A stretch of DNA of 64,000 nt from the human T2T-CHM13v2.0 reference genome, Homo sapiens (GCF_009914755.1 NC_060946.1); one strand, 5' to 3'; counted from the stretch's first letter, positions 17,274 to 30,654 are shown. Numbers and translations are program-made. The notes: generated by a model not told the origin, from the sequence alone.

Positions 17274-17562
17274 TTTTTTTTAACTGTAAAATAAGTTTAT
17301 TGGTGGTAACGTGATAGAATTTATTCCCAACATCTGATATTACAAACTTTAGGGTCCTTGAGATATGCAGATCCTTGTATGTAACTGGCATAAATCCCAT
17401 TATTTGAGCTCTCTTAATTGCTTCTGTGATTTCTTTCTGTTTCTTCCCACAAAGACCTATAATGTACCTTCCATAAATGCCTCCAGTAAATGGAGAAATA
17501 AAGTGGGACAAGAGCTGTACATTCTTATCATCTACACGCTTTCCACACAAGATACAATTCTT
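17274..17562 (-). pseudogene. MRPS18CP6: Processed pseudogene fragment of mitochondrial ribosomal protein S18C (3' half + short 3'UTR + polyA remnant); probably MRPS18CP6
   Basis: Translates to [62 protein letters not shown], then a 1-nt deletion (~17370), then [15 protein letters not shown] matching the MRPS18C C-terminus. AATAAA 17301-17296 and A-tract 17281-17274. No introns. The pseudogene number is from memory of the locus. Confidence 0.9.
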
Positions 17563-17821
17563 TTTTTCTTTTTTCTGTTTGAGACAGAGTCTTGCCCTTG
17601 TCACCCAGGCTGGAGTGCAGTGCATTATTTGAGTTGTTTTTCTCATTCAGATACAAAAGTTTCTTCTAGATGGCTCGGGGTAGCTGGCATGCTAAGGGTA
17701 CTTCGCTCTCACACTCCACTCTCCATGCCCTAAAAGCTCCCTCAGCACTGACGGCACCAGTGTCTTCTCTTCTTTTCCTATTTAATAGCTTTGTTGTTTG
17801 TGATTTTCATAATTTAAGTGA

Positions 17822-18308
<487 letters not shown>

Positions 18309-19164
18309 TGGTTTTCTTTTCATTTTCGTCTTTAGAACAGCCTCTTGGTGTTTAAGACTAAGCCCTGTCTATTTCTAAAGAATGTTCAGCTCAAACACAA
18401 TTCAAGACTTGTGGCCAGAGTTCTCTGTGGCTCTTGCGGCTTGGAGGAGCGGGAAAGGGCCCCTCTGGACTCAACGAAACTGTTTGCCTCACCAGGCTGT
18501 GTTTATTCACGTGTTGGGATGGCTCAGAGAGGGCGCAGGGAGAGGGCCCTGGCAGGGTGGTGGCCTCTCCCACTTTCCCATCCACCGCTGAGCATGAGAA
18601 GATGTCGGCTCCCACCTGGGCCCTCCCAGGTGGCTCTGGTCCATGATTTCACCTGGCCTCCTCTCCTGGCTGGCCCTGGCTGGTGGTGGTCACACCGCAG
18701 TGCTCTGATGCATGAATTCTTGTGTGCTCCCCACCATGGGGATCCCACAACACCGTGGTTCCCTGTCTCATCCACCTTCCTGGGGCAGCAGGCAACTGGA
18801 GGGTGGGGATCCAGCTTCCATAGATTCTGGAAAAGGAAACTAAAGGGGTTGATGCTGGCTCCCCTTGAATGAGAAACCTCCTCTCCCTCTGAGTCCCTTA
18901 ACCCATGGTTCATGGGATGAAGGCAGGTGGGGAGTCCACTGGCCAACCAGACATGACCAGAATGCACTTGTCCCCATCTCAGAGGTGCCTTCAACCTACA
19001 TGAAGTTCTCAAAGCCCACTCTCCCCTAGCTTTCTCCTATGAAGGAGAAAACAGTACTTACCACCAAGCCTCCATGGTAGCTCCCGGACAGATCACTCCC
19101 ACAGTCCCATCTTCTGCACGTAAGGACTCACACCTGGTGTTTTTTGGGGGGTTTTGGTTTCTGA

Positions 19165-19512
<348 letters not shown>

Positions 19513-20737
19513 TGAGCAGTTGGAAGTCTTCCTCCAGCCAGTAACTTGGGGGCCCAGGCCTCCTCATTGCATGAACCTGCTGCCTTCACAGCCTATTTCC
19601 AAGGTCACCCTGTCCATCAGCTTGAATCCAGCCAGTGAGAGGGACAGGATCCCCACCTACATTCCATTGGCATGTTAGTCTAAGCATTGAGCCGCAGCTT
19701 GTCGTTGAGGGGGCAGAGAGATGTCATTGAGCTTTTTGCCCAGGAAGAAGAGAAAACGAGATCAATAAAGAACCAGCCCATCTATGCAACATTTGGGTTC
19801 TGGGAGAATGGCAGGTCTAGGAATTCCCTTCAAGTGTGGTAGCTGATGGTCCGTGGGCAGCTCTCCAGGTTCAGAATACAGCCTGTTTACTGCATTGCAT
19901 TCTCAGCTTCGGGGCTTCGTTATCATCTGGGGCCAACAGAAAAAGCCCAGTTCAATATCCTGCTATATGTGTATAACTAGAAAACACATCGCTTTTCTTG
20001 AAAGGTGGGCGGAGGCTTTGGCAGGTGTCCTGTGACGAAGACAGCTCTCGGAGAGCCACAGGTAAGTCACATGGGTTCTGCTGTTTTTGAAAATGCTGTG
20101 ACCTGATCTGAGGGAGTTGGCAGTTTCTACTCATTATTTTGTTGTTGTGGTGGTGGCGGTGGTGGTGGTGGTATTGCTTGGTGTGTAAACCATCAGGTTT
20201 CTGTGAGCACAGCAACATTTGAAATCCAGAAGCTTTGGAACACACGGAAGGACCACTGAAAGACGTGGTGAAGTGGTACCGCCCAGTGCACCAGGGCAAA
20301 GACCACAGAGCGAGGCTGGTGATGGGGCACAGGACTGGCCAGGGAAGCCCACTCAGAGCGTGAGCCAGCTCCCCAGCCTCCCGGCACCCATAAGCCTGCC
20401 CAGGCACGAGGAGTTCCCTTCACAGGCTGGGGCAGATGAAGAACAGGATGAGGAAGGGGGAAAGCAGCCACAGTTCCACAGAGGAAGGTGCGTGGTTCCC
20501 TCCCCCCGGGCCCACAGCAGAGCCCTCTGGACACCAAGCTGAACAGGCCAGCTCAGGGCATCAGCAGGCTGGCTGCATGAGTCACCAGCAGTGATAACCA
20601 GCAGGGCAGTGCAAGCCTGCAGGGACCTCCTGCTGACCTCCACTGACGCTGTGAGAGAAGAAAATAAAATGACAAAATATCACAGTCACAAAAATACCAT
20701 TATGTCCAAGAGATACGGAAAATAACTTTACAATTTA

Positions 20738-21385
<648 letters not shown>

Positions 21386-21410
21386 TGACATCATTGAAAA
21401 TAGTACCTTG

Positions 21411-21655
21411 GGCCAGGCGTGGTGGCTCATGCCTGTAATCCCAGCACTTTAGGAGGCCCAGGCGGGCAGATCACCTGAGATCAGGAGTTTGAGACGAGCC
21501 TGGCCAACATGGAGAAACCCCGTGTCTACTAAAAATACAAAGACTAGCTGGGTGTGGTGGCACGCACCTGTAGTCCCAGCTACACAGGAGGCTGAGACAG
21601 GAGAATTGCTTGAACCCAGGAGGCGGAGGTTGCAGTGAGCCAAGATTATGCTACT
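21411..21655 (+). mobile_element. Alu, 3'-truncated
   Basis: Alu consensus ends before the tail. Confidence 0.9.
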
Positions 21656-22583
21656 GCAAGAATCTTCCTCTATGTGGTCTGGTGACTGTCGCAATGCTAT
21701 TTTGTCCTACGTGCTTTGTTTGTTTCTGCAGCTGTCTTCTGCAGGGCATCTCTCCTTCCTGGACTGGGGTCTGTGTGTCTATGTGTTGTGGTTCCCTGGT
21801 TGTATCCACCCTGGTCCTCCAGGGCACACAGGGTGAAGAAGCTCTGTCTTCAGAGCACTGTGCACACCACTCGTGCCATGCAGGATGCACCCTGGACTCA
21901 TGTCAATGACTAGCTTCTGTCCCTGGCCATGGGGGACCATTTTCTGGCCACAAATCCTGGCAAGATTTCCAGCCCCCACCCATGGGCAGACGGCACGTGG
22001 TTCCCAGTTATCGCTTGCATTTTAGTTTCGGGGAGATGTTTTCACTTCTGGTCCATAGAAATGTCCTTTCATTATTTTCAAATGCTCCATTCATACAGCT
22101 CTTGTGTGTGTCTGTGTGTGTGGTGTTATTGATGTTTTCACTTCGAGTGCATGGACTTGAAGAGGGAGGTTTCTGTATAAACTCAATCTTGACCTAGAAA
22201 ATTGTCTTCAGCACTCCAAGCCGATTTTCTCATCTGTCAAGTGGGGCTGTTATGAGGATGAACTGAGATAGACTCATCAGCAAGTAGCACAGTCGACCAC
22301 AGAGGGAACACCCATGGAGCCCATCGAGTCTGCTTTCTGTTAGTGCTGGGAGCAGGACGAGGGTGTCACCCATCAGTCCCGGCAACAGCAGTGCTGGGGA
22401 AGTTCCACAAGTGACCTAAGAGGAGGTACAGGCGACAGTCTAAATAAGGAAACAGCTGGGCACAGCAGCTCACACCTGTAATCCCAGCACCTTAGGAGCC
22501 TGAGGCAGGTGGATTGTTTGAGCCCAGGAATTCCAGACCAGCCTGGACAACATAGTAAGAGTCCATCTCTACAAAAAATTTTT

Positions 22584-22853
22584 GAAAAGGGAAAGGAAAA
22601 GGAAAAGGAAAAGGAAAGGGGAAAGGAAAGGAAAGGAGGAAAGGGGAGGGAAGAGGAGGGGAGGGGAGAGGAGAGGAGGGGAGGGGAAAGGAGAGGAGAG
22701 GAGGGGAGAGGAGGGGAGGGGAAAGGAGGGGAGAGGAGGGGAGGGGAAAGGAGAGAAGAGGAGGGCAGGGGAGAAAGGGGAGGGAGGGAGGGAGGGAGGG
22801 AGGGAGGGAGGAAGGAAGGAAGGAAGGAAGGAAGGAAGGAAGGAAGGAAAGAA
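22584..22853 (+). repeat. Polypurine (GGAAAA/GGAGA/GGGA/GGAA)n tract following an Alu left monomer (22455-22583)
   Basis: ~270 nt, purine-only except one C. Confidence 0.95.
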
Positions 22854-24873
22854 TTGTTACCAGTAACCTTCCCTGGAGATCTGCCTGTGGGAAGGCTATG
22901 GAAAATGCTCTCAGGATGGACACCTGTGGGACGTGAGGCCAAGGACTGGCACTGGGGATGTCTGCAGTCTCTGTGAGTCCCACGGAGAGCTCTGGAGCCG
23001 GCTGACCCTGCACGGTAGTCCCGCGTCCCCCAGGCCCGGGGTGAGCATTGCCACAGAAAAGAGGCTCACATGGCCTCGGGTGAGGTGGCACCTTTGCTCG
23101 AGGGCAAGGTTCAGAAGGGACCCCAGCTGACCGCTCTCGCAGCCAGCACTCCCAGCAGCAGGGGAGCAGACCCTTTAGTCTTGGAAGGAAACCCAGACGG
23201 CCCAAGGCATCCATGGCAAGGGCAGATGATCGCAGTTAATTGGAAACTCTGCTGATTCTGGTGGAAACCCAGTCAGTCCGTGGAATCAACTGAAACATCC
23301 CTCAAACGACTACACGTTCAGCGAAGCAGCCAAATAAAAACACAGCATTAATCTTTCGTACGTATCAGCAACGATCTCTTAGTAACTATGAAGGAAGCCT
23401 GTGAGACTCGCCATAGGATCATATCGACAACAGAAAACTACGCCCAAGGAATCGTTTAGTGACTAGGATGCTTCTCACAGCATTGTTCACTATGACGAAA
23501 ATTGTCAACACATTTCTAAAGGAAAGGGATCATTTGGGTGAAGCATGGCCAGTCCAGAGATGGGATATTTACTTACAAATCCTATTTTCAAAGACCATGT
23601 CATGACCTTGGCAAGTTCTCATCACATATTAAGCATGTAGAATATTGTCCCATTCTGTAAGAAAGGAAAGTAAACAGGACAACACAGGAGTGCGGCTGGC
23701 TGGGGTTTCTGGCTCAGCTTGGTGGCCAGCTGCGATGTGACTGGTTGGCGTGACGTGGACCCGAGACTCCGGCTGTGCTCTGATGTGTGGTCCTTCTGCT
23801 CAACCGCTAAACAGACACCTGGTCGCTTCTCCGCCAGGCTCTGGGTGAGGTGCTACGGACGCAGGTGACTCACACAGCAGCCCTGCCCTCTGGGAGCACA
23901 GTCGGTTGGGGGAGACAGATAGGCTCAGTAAGGCATAAGTCTATCACTTACTAGGTGTGAGCCTGAGGGTGTCAGGGCAGGAGCACAGCCTGGTTGCTCA
24001 GGGAGTGTCCTAAGTGGAGTAACACTGGATCCTTCTTAACAGAACGATAAGAGCAGGAGAAAGGAGGCGGTTAGCGAGGCTGGCTGCCCAGACCTGCAGC
24101 GGGCAGTGGTAGTGGGGACAGAGAGCCCGGCTGACCTGACAGTCGCTGAGGACCACGAGGTCCAGGCACTGGAGCAGGTGCAGGAGAGAGGAGTAAGTCA
24201 AGGAAGATGCCCAGACGCTAAGCTGGGGATGCCCTGGATAGAGAAGGGGAGGCTCCCCAGAAAATCTCCAGGGCAACAGGATGGAATTTCACCAGGCTGG
24301 GCCCATGGGAGCACAAAGTGAGAGCAAGTGTCACAGAGCCAGAGAGTAGAGGCCCAGCTCCAACCCATAATCTGTTCTCTTGCCTCGAAGGGGCCAGACA
24401 GTGGGATGGGGAGGGGGCTCAGCCCTAGATCTCCCTGTCAGGCAGAGTCCTTGCAAGGCCAGTCTTTGTAAACCTCTCGGATCAGCCACGTGGGGACAGG
24501 CAGGAGGGCACTATGTACACTCCAGGCCTTTCCATAGAAGAAGACACTGACTAGACAACAGGCTAGCCAGAGGGCACCCTGATTTTCACTCCCATTCCCA
24601 AACGAGCCACCCGTCACAGAGCAGCACATGGGGGAAACCTCAGGGCAAGGCTTTCTGCAGGGTGGAAGGAGAGCCTTCCCTTCTACTCTGCAGCCCACAA
24701 CCACAGAGCCCCTACACAGAGCCCCCCACGCTGCACCCTGCACACAGCTCCCCAAAGTGCTTATGCCTCTCCAGGCCCTCACCTGTTACCAGGGTTTTGG
24801 GGAAACCATAGAATGTTTTCAAGTTCATCTAGTAACAACAGCTAAGAAAATCTGAAGGGGGAGAGTCCTACTA

Positions 24874-25263
<390 letters not shown>

Positions 25264-25552
25264 TCAACTGAATAAACAGTGGGAAAGTTGGTCCTACGGT
25301 AGATAAGATTTCCCTGCGTGTGAAGGAAAGAACACACGTGACCAAGGGAGAGAAATACTTATTAATAACTGGACTCAGGGTATTTAAATCTTTGAAAGAC
25401 AGTCTATTTAGAGCCTCCTCTCACATTACATGCCAAATTAATCCCAGAAATAACTGTGTATTAATCTAGAGGGGGAAGAAAGACCTGAAGTTTAAAGCGA
25501 TGGAACAGTTGGTGATGTTCTCCAAACTGCCAATCCTTGTCTCTCTTTAGGC

Positions 25553-26003
25553 CAGCAGTTCTCAAAGAGGGGCAAGACGCTTTCGGGGGTCCACAAAATT
25601 GTTTTCATAATAATCCCAAAATATCATGTGCCTTTTCCGCGTCATCTCATGGGCGCAGTGGGGCTTTCAGAGGCACCATGGCATGTGCTCTTGCAGGTTA
25701 AGCACAGCAGGTAGGAGGCTCCCACTGTCTTCCATTCAGCCAGACATTACAGGCATTTGCAAAAATGTCTTCTTCAATGCCTCTCCTCACAAGCGTTTTG
25801 TTTTGGAAAATATAGTTTTTTTTATTTAAAATGTTGTTTAACAGTGTTTTTATTTTCCAAATAATTATTTTAAAATTCTGTTTAAATGTATAATATGGTA
25901 AATATTGATAGAGAAAACCTATATAAGCAAAAGCTGTTTGAGGCCCTCAATGAGTTCTTATAGTGCAAGGGGACCCTGAGACAAAATGTGTGAGAGCCTC
26001 GGC
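25553..26003 (+). mobile_element. Charlie4a-like hAT DNA transposon (non-autonomous)
   Basis: cagcagttctcaaag...ttttcataataat...agccagacatta...ttttgttttggaaaatatagtt...ggggaccctgagac..tgtgagagcc matches the Charlie4a layout end to end. Confidence 0.78.
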
Positions 26004-26076
26004 CTGCGAGCTCTGGAGTGTGAGAGCCTCGGCCTGCGAGCTCTGGAGTGTGAGAGCCTCGGCCTGTGAGCTGGAG
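25989..26076 (+). repeat. 30-bp tandem repeat x3 (TGTGAGAGCCTCGGCCTGCGAGCTCTGGAG)
   Basis: Units 25989-26018 and 26019-26048 are identical. Third unit is degenerate. Confidence 0.95.
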
Positions 26077-26097
26077 CGCGGACTGCTGGATCCATGT

Positions 26098-26245
26098 GTG
26101 GATCCCAATGTGTTGCAGATCCATCAGAGTAACTAACTCAACAAACGTGTACTGAGTGCCTATCACGTGCCGTGGATCCCAAGGCGTTGCAGATCCACTG
26201 GAGTAACTAATTCAACAGAAGTGTACTGAGTACCTATCACGTGCC
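26098..26245 (+). repeat. 74-bp tandem duplication spanning the 3' end of an antisense L2
   Basis: 26098-26171 vs 26172-26245, 9 mismatches. L2 text continues (gtgccaggcattgtcataggtgct...gaacaaaacagacaaaa). Confidence 0.9.
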
Positions 26246-26379
26246 AGGCATTGTCATAGGTGCTAGTGCTACGGCCATGAACAAAACAGACAAAATCCAC
26301 CTGCCTGCCTTGTGTTCTTGTCTAGCAGACACAGTGCTGTGGAGACAGATCAACTATGTATGTCAAAATTCCAATAAGA

Positions 26380-26445
26380 TAAAACACACAAAAACCCAGA
26401 AACAGCTGTAGCAAATATGACACACACCAGGTTAATATCTTTAAT
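26380..26445 (-). terminator. Candidate RTL6 polyadenylation signal (ATTAAA 26445-26440) with downstream GU/U-rich element; alternative AATAAA at 27099-27094
   Basis: Minus strand ATTAAAgatattaacctggtgtgtgtca followed by tgtttctgggtttttgtgtgtttt. Confidence 0.55.
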
Positions 26446-27160
26446 ATATACCGAGCTCATACAAATTTATCTGACCCCAGAAGATAGAGCAAAGGACACT
26501 GACAATCCACAAAGGAGGAAATACAATCGCTCCACATGAAAGATGTTCAACCGTGCTAGAAGTCAGTGAAATGCCAACTGAAACACGATGCTATTTTTTC
26601 ATTATCAAATTAGCAAATATTTAGCCAGATGATAATTCCCAATACGGGCAAGATGGACATGTTTATCCTTGCTGGTGGCAGTGTAAGGGGATACAAATAT
26701 TTCCGGAAACCATTTTGTCAATATGTAGTAAAAGCCTCAAAGGTTTTCATATTCTTTAGTTGAAGAATCCCACCTCCTGGAGTCTACCCTAATAACTTGA
26801 CATTGGGAAACAGCCTGTGCACAAAGATATTCATCAATTTATAACTGAAAAGTTAGTAACAGCATTAGTGATTGCCAACTGGCACAATGGTCCATCTAGT
26901 CAATGGGAGAGTACACAGCCACTCCAAAATAAAATATTTAGTAATCATAAGGGGAGATGCCCACGATATGCTAAGTGAAAACAGCTGCACAAAACTGTAT
27001 CATTACAGAAGACAGCAACAAAACTATGTTAAAACAAAAAGCAAAGAAACCATAGTTGGGGGGGAAAGCCTGAGAGACACCAAAATGTGATGTTTTATTT
27101 CCTTCTTTCCTCTACTTGCAAAAATTTATCTAACATGTGGTTTACATGGGTAATGAGAAG
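26400..27160 (+). mobile_element. Ancient L1 (L1ME/MC-type) 3' region overlapping the RTL6 3' end in antisense
   Basis: ggttaatatcttta atatata..gagctc, gaggaaatacaa, catgaaagatgttcaacc, tgctggtggcagtgtaa, aatcccacctcctggagtctaccct. Confidence 0.7.
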
Positions 27161-30100
27161 ACCTAGTAGGTTTGGTGCTTGTGTATGCAAAGGCATGAGG
27201 CACACGGAAGTGAGGAGCTGGGTTTCCTCCCATCTCTACCGCATCTGCGCTGTGCCAACTGCCACCCCACCCAAACTCAGGTCCCCAAGAGACAGAGACA
27301 CAGGGGCTGTCTGTTCCACGTGGAAGGCCCTACACCCCAACCTTCTCCCCTACTCTGGGGAGCTTCTCCTGTTGGCCCAACAGTCTGCTCTTGCTTCCCT
27401 TACCCAGGAGACCCACCTTGTGCCTACCTCTCTAAGTCCCTAAACCAGTGCTTTCCAAGCAGAGGTGCCATGAGCCTTACAACTGTGGTTGCAGATGGAG
27501 GCGCCTCCATTAGGATCTCTTCCCTCTTCCACCCAGAGCTCTGCCCCCAGTCAGTGGCTGCAGCATGGGCCCTTTTGTCCAATCCCAGGGCTTGTTCCCT
27601 AAGTCAACCTCAGCACATGCCCAGCTCAGCCATGTCCCTTCACTCCCCTACAGGCTGGAACTGCCAGGGTGGTGCCCACCCAAGGCGGCTGTCTGCCATG
27701 ACAACAGGAGCGTGTGCGTCAGGCTGGTCCTGCCGCACTTTCTGGGTTTTGTTTTCCACTCCTCCTCATTGCTCATCACATACTTACCTGGGGACAATGA
27801 AATAGGTCTTTGCTATTCCCTAGAAGTCACCAAAATGCTTTAGGACATTAAGTTGTCCCAGGGTCACACTATACTAGGCCAGGGAGTCACCCCTTCACTA
27901 ACTCCCATCTCCAGTGATACCCTGGTATGCACTGAAGCCTACTTACCAAAGGGGTACCATGTGGACCAGACAGCAGTCACAATACAGTCCAAAGAATGTC
28001 AAAACCATGGAAAACAGAACTTTCCTTCACATGCACTGTTGAACACTACTGCCTGTCCCTTTTATCAATCAATACCCGTTCTCCTAAAATTTAGAGAAAT
28101 TATAACCCCAAAATATGTACAAAGCATCTCCCTTCCCCCACTTTCGTAGCCTGATCCCCTATCACTGAGGTCTCCCTCTGGGGCTGCGCCTCATCCTCCT
28201 TAGCTGGAGACTAACGTATCTTCCACTAGAGCCACCATGGGGTCCTCACCTCTCCAATGTGGGCTTCTTCCAAGTCCAAGGTGGAGGGCAAGCCCCTGAC
28301 CCTCTCTCATCTGCTCCGTGTTCCAAAGTGCAGGGAGCTATCAAGAAGGTCCTAAGTGCATACCAGCACTCGTCCCAAGCCCACACACATAAGCACCAAG
28401 AGAAAAAACACAAATCACCATGCCAAACAAAGGTGGAGCAGCTGCTTGGATTGGGTGCCCATAGGCAGAGGGCCCGGCTGCAGTTGTGGACAGGGAGTGT
28501 GTGGACAGGGAGTGTGTGGACAGGGAGCGTGGCCGGCCTTTCCCAGGCAGCTGTAGGGTGTGAAGCAGCACAGGCCTGACACAGACATGGCAGGGCTCTC
28601 AAAAAGCCACTTGAGTAGAGTGAGGGCTGGCGACACAGCAGAGTTCCCACCCTGCTTCCATGCTGGGCTGGGCCACATGGAAACCTTCCAGGTGCCTTTT
28701 CCCAGGTGCCACTGTACCCCTTCACTTGGGGGCACCTCTCCCTGGCAGGTACTAGTCTTACCAATATAGCTGCTGGAGACAGAAGAGAACTGAGCACAAA
28801 GAGAAAGTGATCTGTACACCTCCCATTCATGGAATGGTGGCCCTGCTGTGTGTCTTCCCTCCGATCACGCTTAAAGAGCACCATGGTCCCACCTGAACAG
28901 CCTTGGCTGGAGTCCAGGGGAACCTAAAGCCTGTATTCAGGCAGTTGTTCAGCAGGGCAATTGGGCTAACAGAGTTGATGGTGAGTGGGTGGCAGTAGTC
29001 TGCGGACCCCAGCAACCACTGAATGTCCTTGACCTTGCAAGGCAGCGGTTCTTCAGAATCGCAGTCACTTTTCCCAGCATCATCAAAACTCTTAAGAAGC
29101 CAGGCCCAAGGACCCAATCTCTGGGATCCCAAGACATATACATGTCTTTAGGTGGGTGCGGAGGTTGTCCTTCTGCAATCAAGCCAGGACCCTTCAGACA
29201 GGGGCAGCTGAGCCCAGGATAGGAAGCCCTATGGTCCAGGTCATGTCAATGTGGTTCATTTGGCATTGAAATATGGCGGAACAGCACAGTCCAAAGGGCG
29301 TGGCCAAACCCAGCCACAAAATGATTTCTTGGTCATCCGCCTGTGAGGAAGGATGAGGTCCTTCAGAAGGACATGCATGCCAGTGCTGCATTGTCACCAC
29401 ACTAGGACCACGGCAGTCCACAGCTCTTTGCTTTTACAAATGCCACCAAGACCCTGGCTGGGTTGCCAGAGGCAGACACCCGCCCCCGGCCTTAAGTGCT
29501 TAAGGATGTTTCCCGAAGGGAGTCTGTTTTCCCTTGGACAAAGGCAGCCCATCTGATTGCCCAGGCACGGGGAGTACATGCTACAAGGTGCCTTTGGAGA
29601 CCCACAGATGGTGCGTGGGTGGCTGCAGGGCTGCAGTGAAGGCCACATGGCACCTGAATGGAGATGGGAACAGGTCTCAAGCTGGGCAAGGCTCGCCATC
29701 AGTGACAGGGGGTAGAAGCAGGAGTGACTGAGCATCAGCCGCTGTGGCACTGCCCATGGAGATCCTGGGCAGCAAAGGGAGTCGCTGGTATCCACCCTTA
29801 GCCTGCTATGGCCCTCAGGCGTGGGTGTGTAGGAACCTGCAGCCTGATAGACCTGCCCAATGGCTGAGAGTCCACCACGACCTTATTTAGCAGGCAAGTT
29901 CCAGATTCCCCAAGCCTCTGGCTCCATCAGAACACCAGCAGCTGAAGTCAGGCATTAACAGAGGTGCAACATTGGTCCTTCCCAGTGAGAGCAGTGGGGC
30001 CTCCCAGACTGCATATTCATGTGCAGAGTGGAACCTGGCCCCCAGACATGGCAGAACTACGCTCCTTGCAGCGACCACTCGACCACTACAGCACAGATGA

Positions 30101-30654
30101 GGCCCTGCCCGCTGCACCGGGCCCTGGCAGGGCTGGGAGGCATCTTGGGCAGGAAGCCAGACCCCCTCTCCAGGTACACCCATCAAGCCACCAGCCTGGC
30201 CAAACGGGCATCTTTCTGTCCAGAGCTCATCAATAGGAACTGGGCAACCAGGTGGGGAGCCGCCAGGGGAGCTTGGAGAGGGCAGAGTAGGAGCCTCCAT
30301 GAACCAAGTCAGGCTGGAAGGGGTCAGCCCTCGTGGTCCGTCAGCGTGCGGCGGAGTCCCTGTGCCTAAGTAGCAGAGCGGTAGTCATTGAAACAGGCCG
30401 GGATGCCAGCAAGAGGGAGGCGAGCATGCAGTGAGCGATAGGTACAAAGCTAGCACGTAAGAGGAAGCACGGCAAGGTGGGCAACCAGCGCGCCAGGAAG
30501 GACGGAAGGAAGATCTCCTCGGGGAACACGTCTGGAGAGGCAAGAAGGGAGGTCTTCAAACAGGGGCAAAGCTGTCGTATGGGCATTTCTTCTACACAGC
30601 AAAGAGCGTATGCTACCTGGGTGGCTGCAGACGCTACCAAGTGCTGGCGGATTC
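26415..30654 (-). other. RTL6: RTL6 long 3'UTR (~4.2 kb, inferred end)
   Basis: Unique, Alu-free sequence downstream of the stop. Pumilio element TGTACATA (28121-28114). Ends at a candidate ATTAAA followed by a GU/U-rich element. Confidence 0.6.
28485..28529 (+). repeat. 15-bp tandem repeat x3 (TGTGGACAGGGAGTG) in RTL6 3'UTR
   Basis: Directly visible. Third copy has one mismatch. Confidence 0.95.

Noticed and set aside
22373-23214. ORFs of 155-240 aa
   Set aside because: Derived from the polypurine tract plus Alu.
25989-26245. CRISPR-like repeat array
   Set aside because: Head-to-tail repeats without unique spacers in human DNA, and no cas genes.
27780-27791. U1 snRNA pseudogene
   Set aside because: Identity to U1 stops after 12 nt. 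Treated instead as a U1-complementary site on the RTL6 strand.
28246-28884. 212-aa minus-strand ORF in the RTL6 3'UTR as a possible RT/integrase remnant
   Set aside because: No YxDD, RNase H, HHCC or DDE motifs seen. Partly built from the 15-bp repeat.
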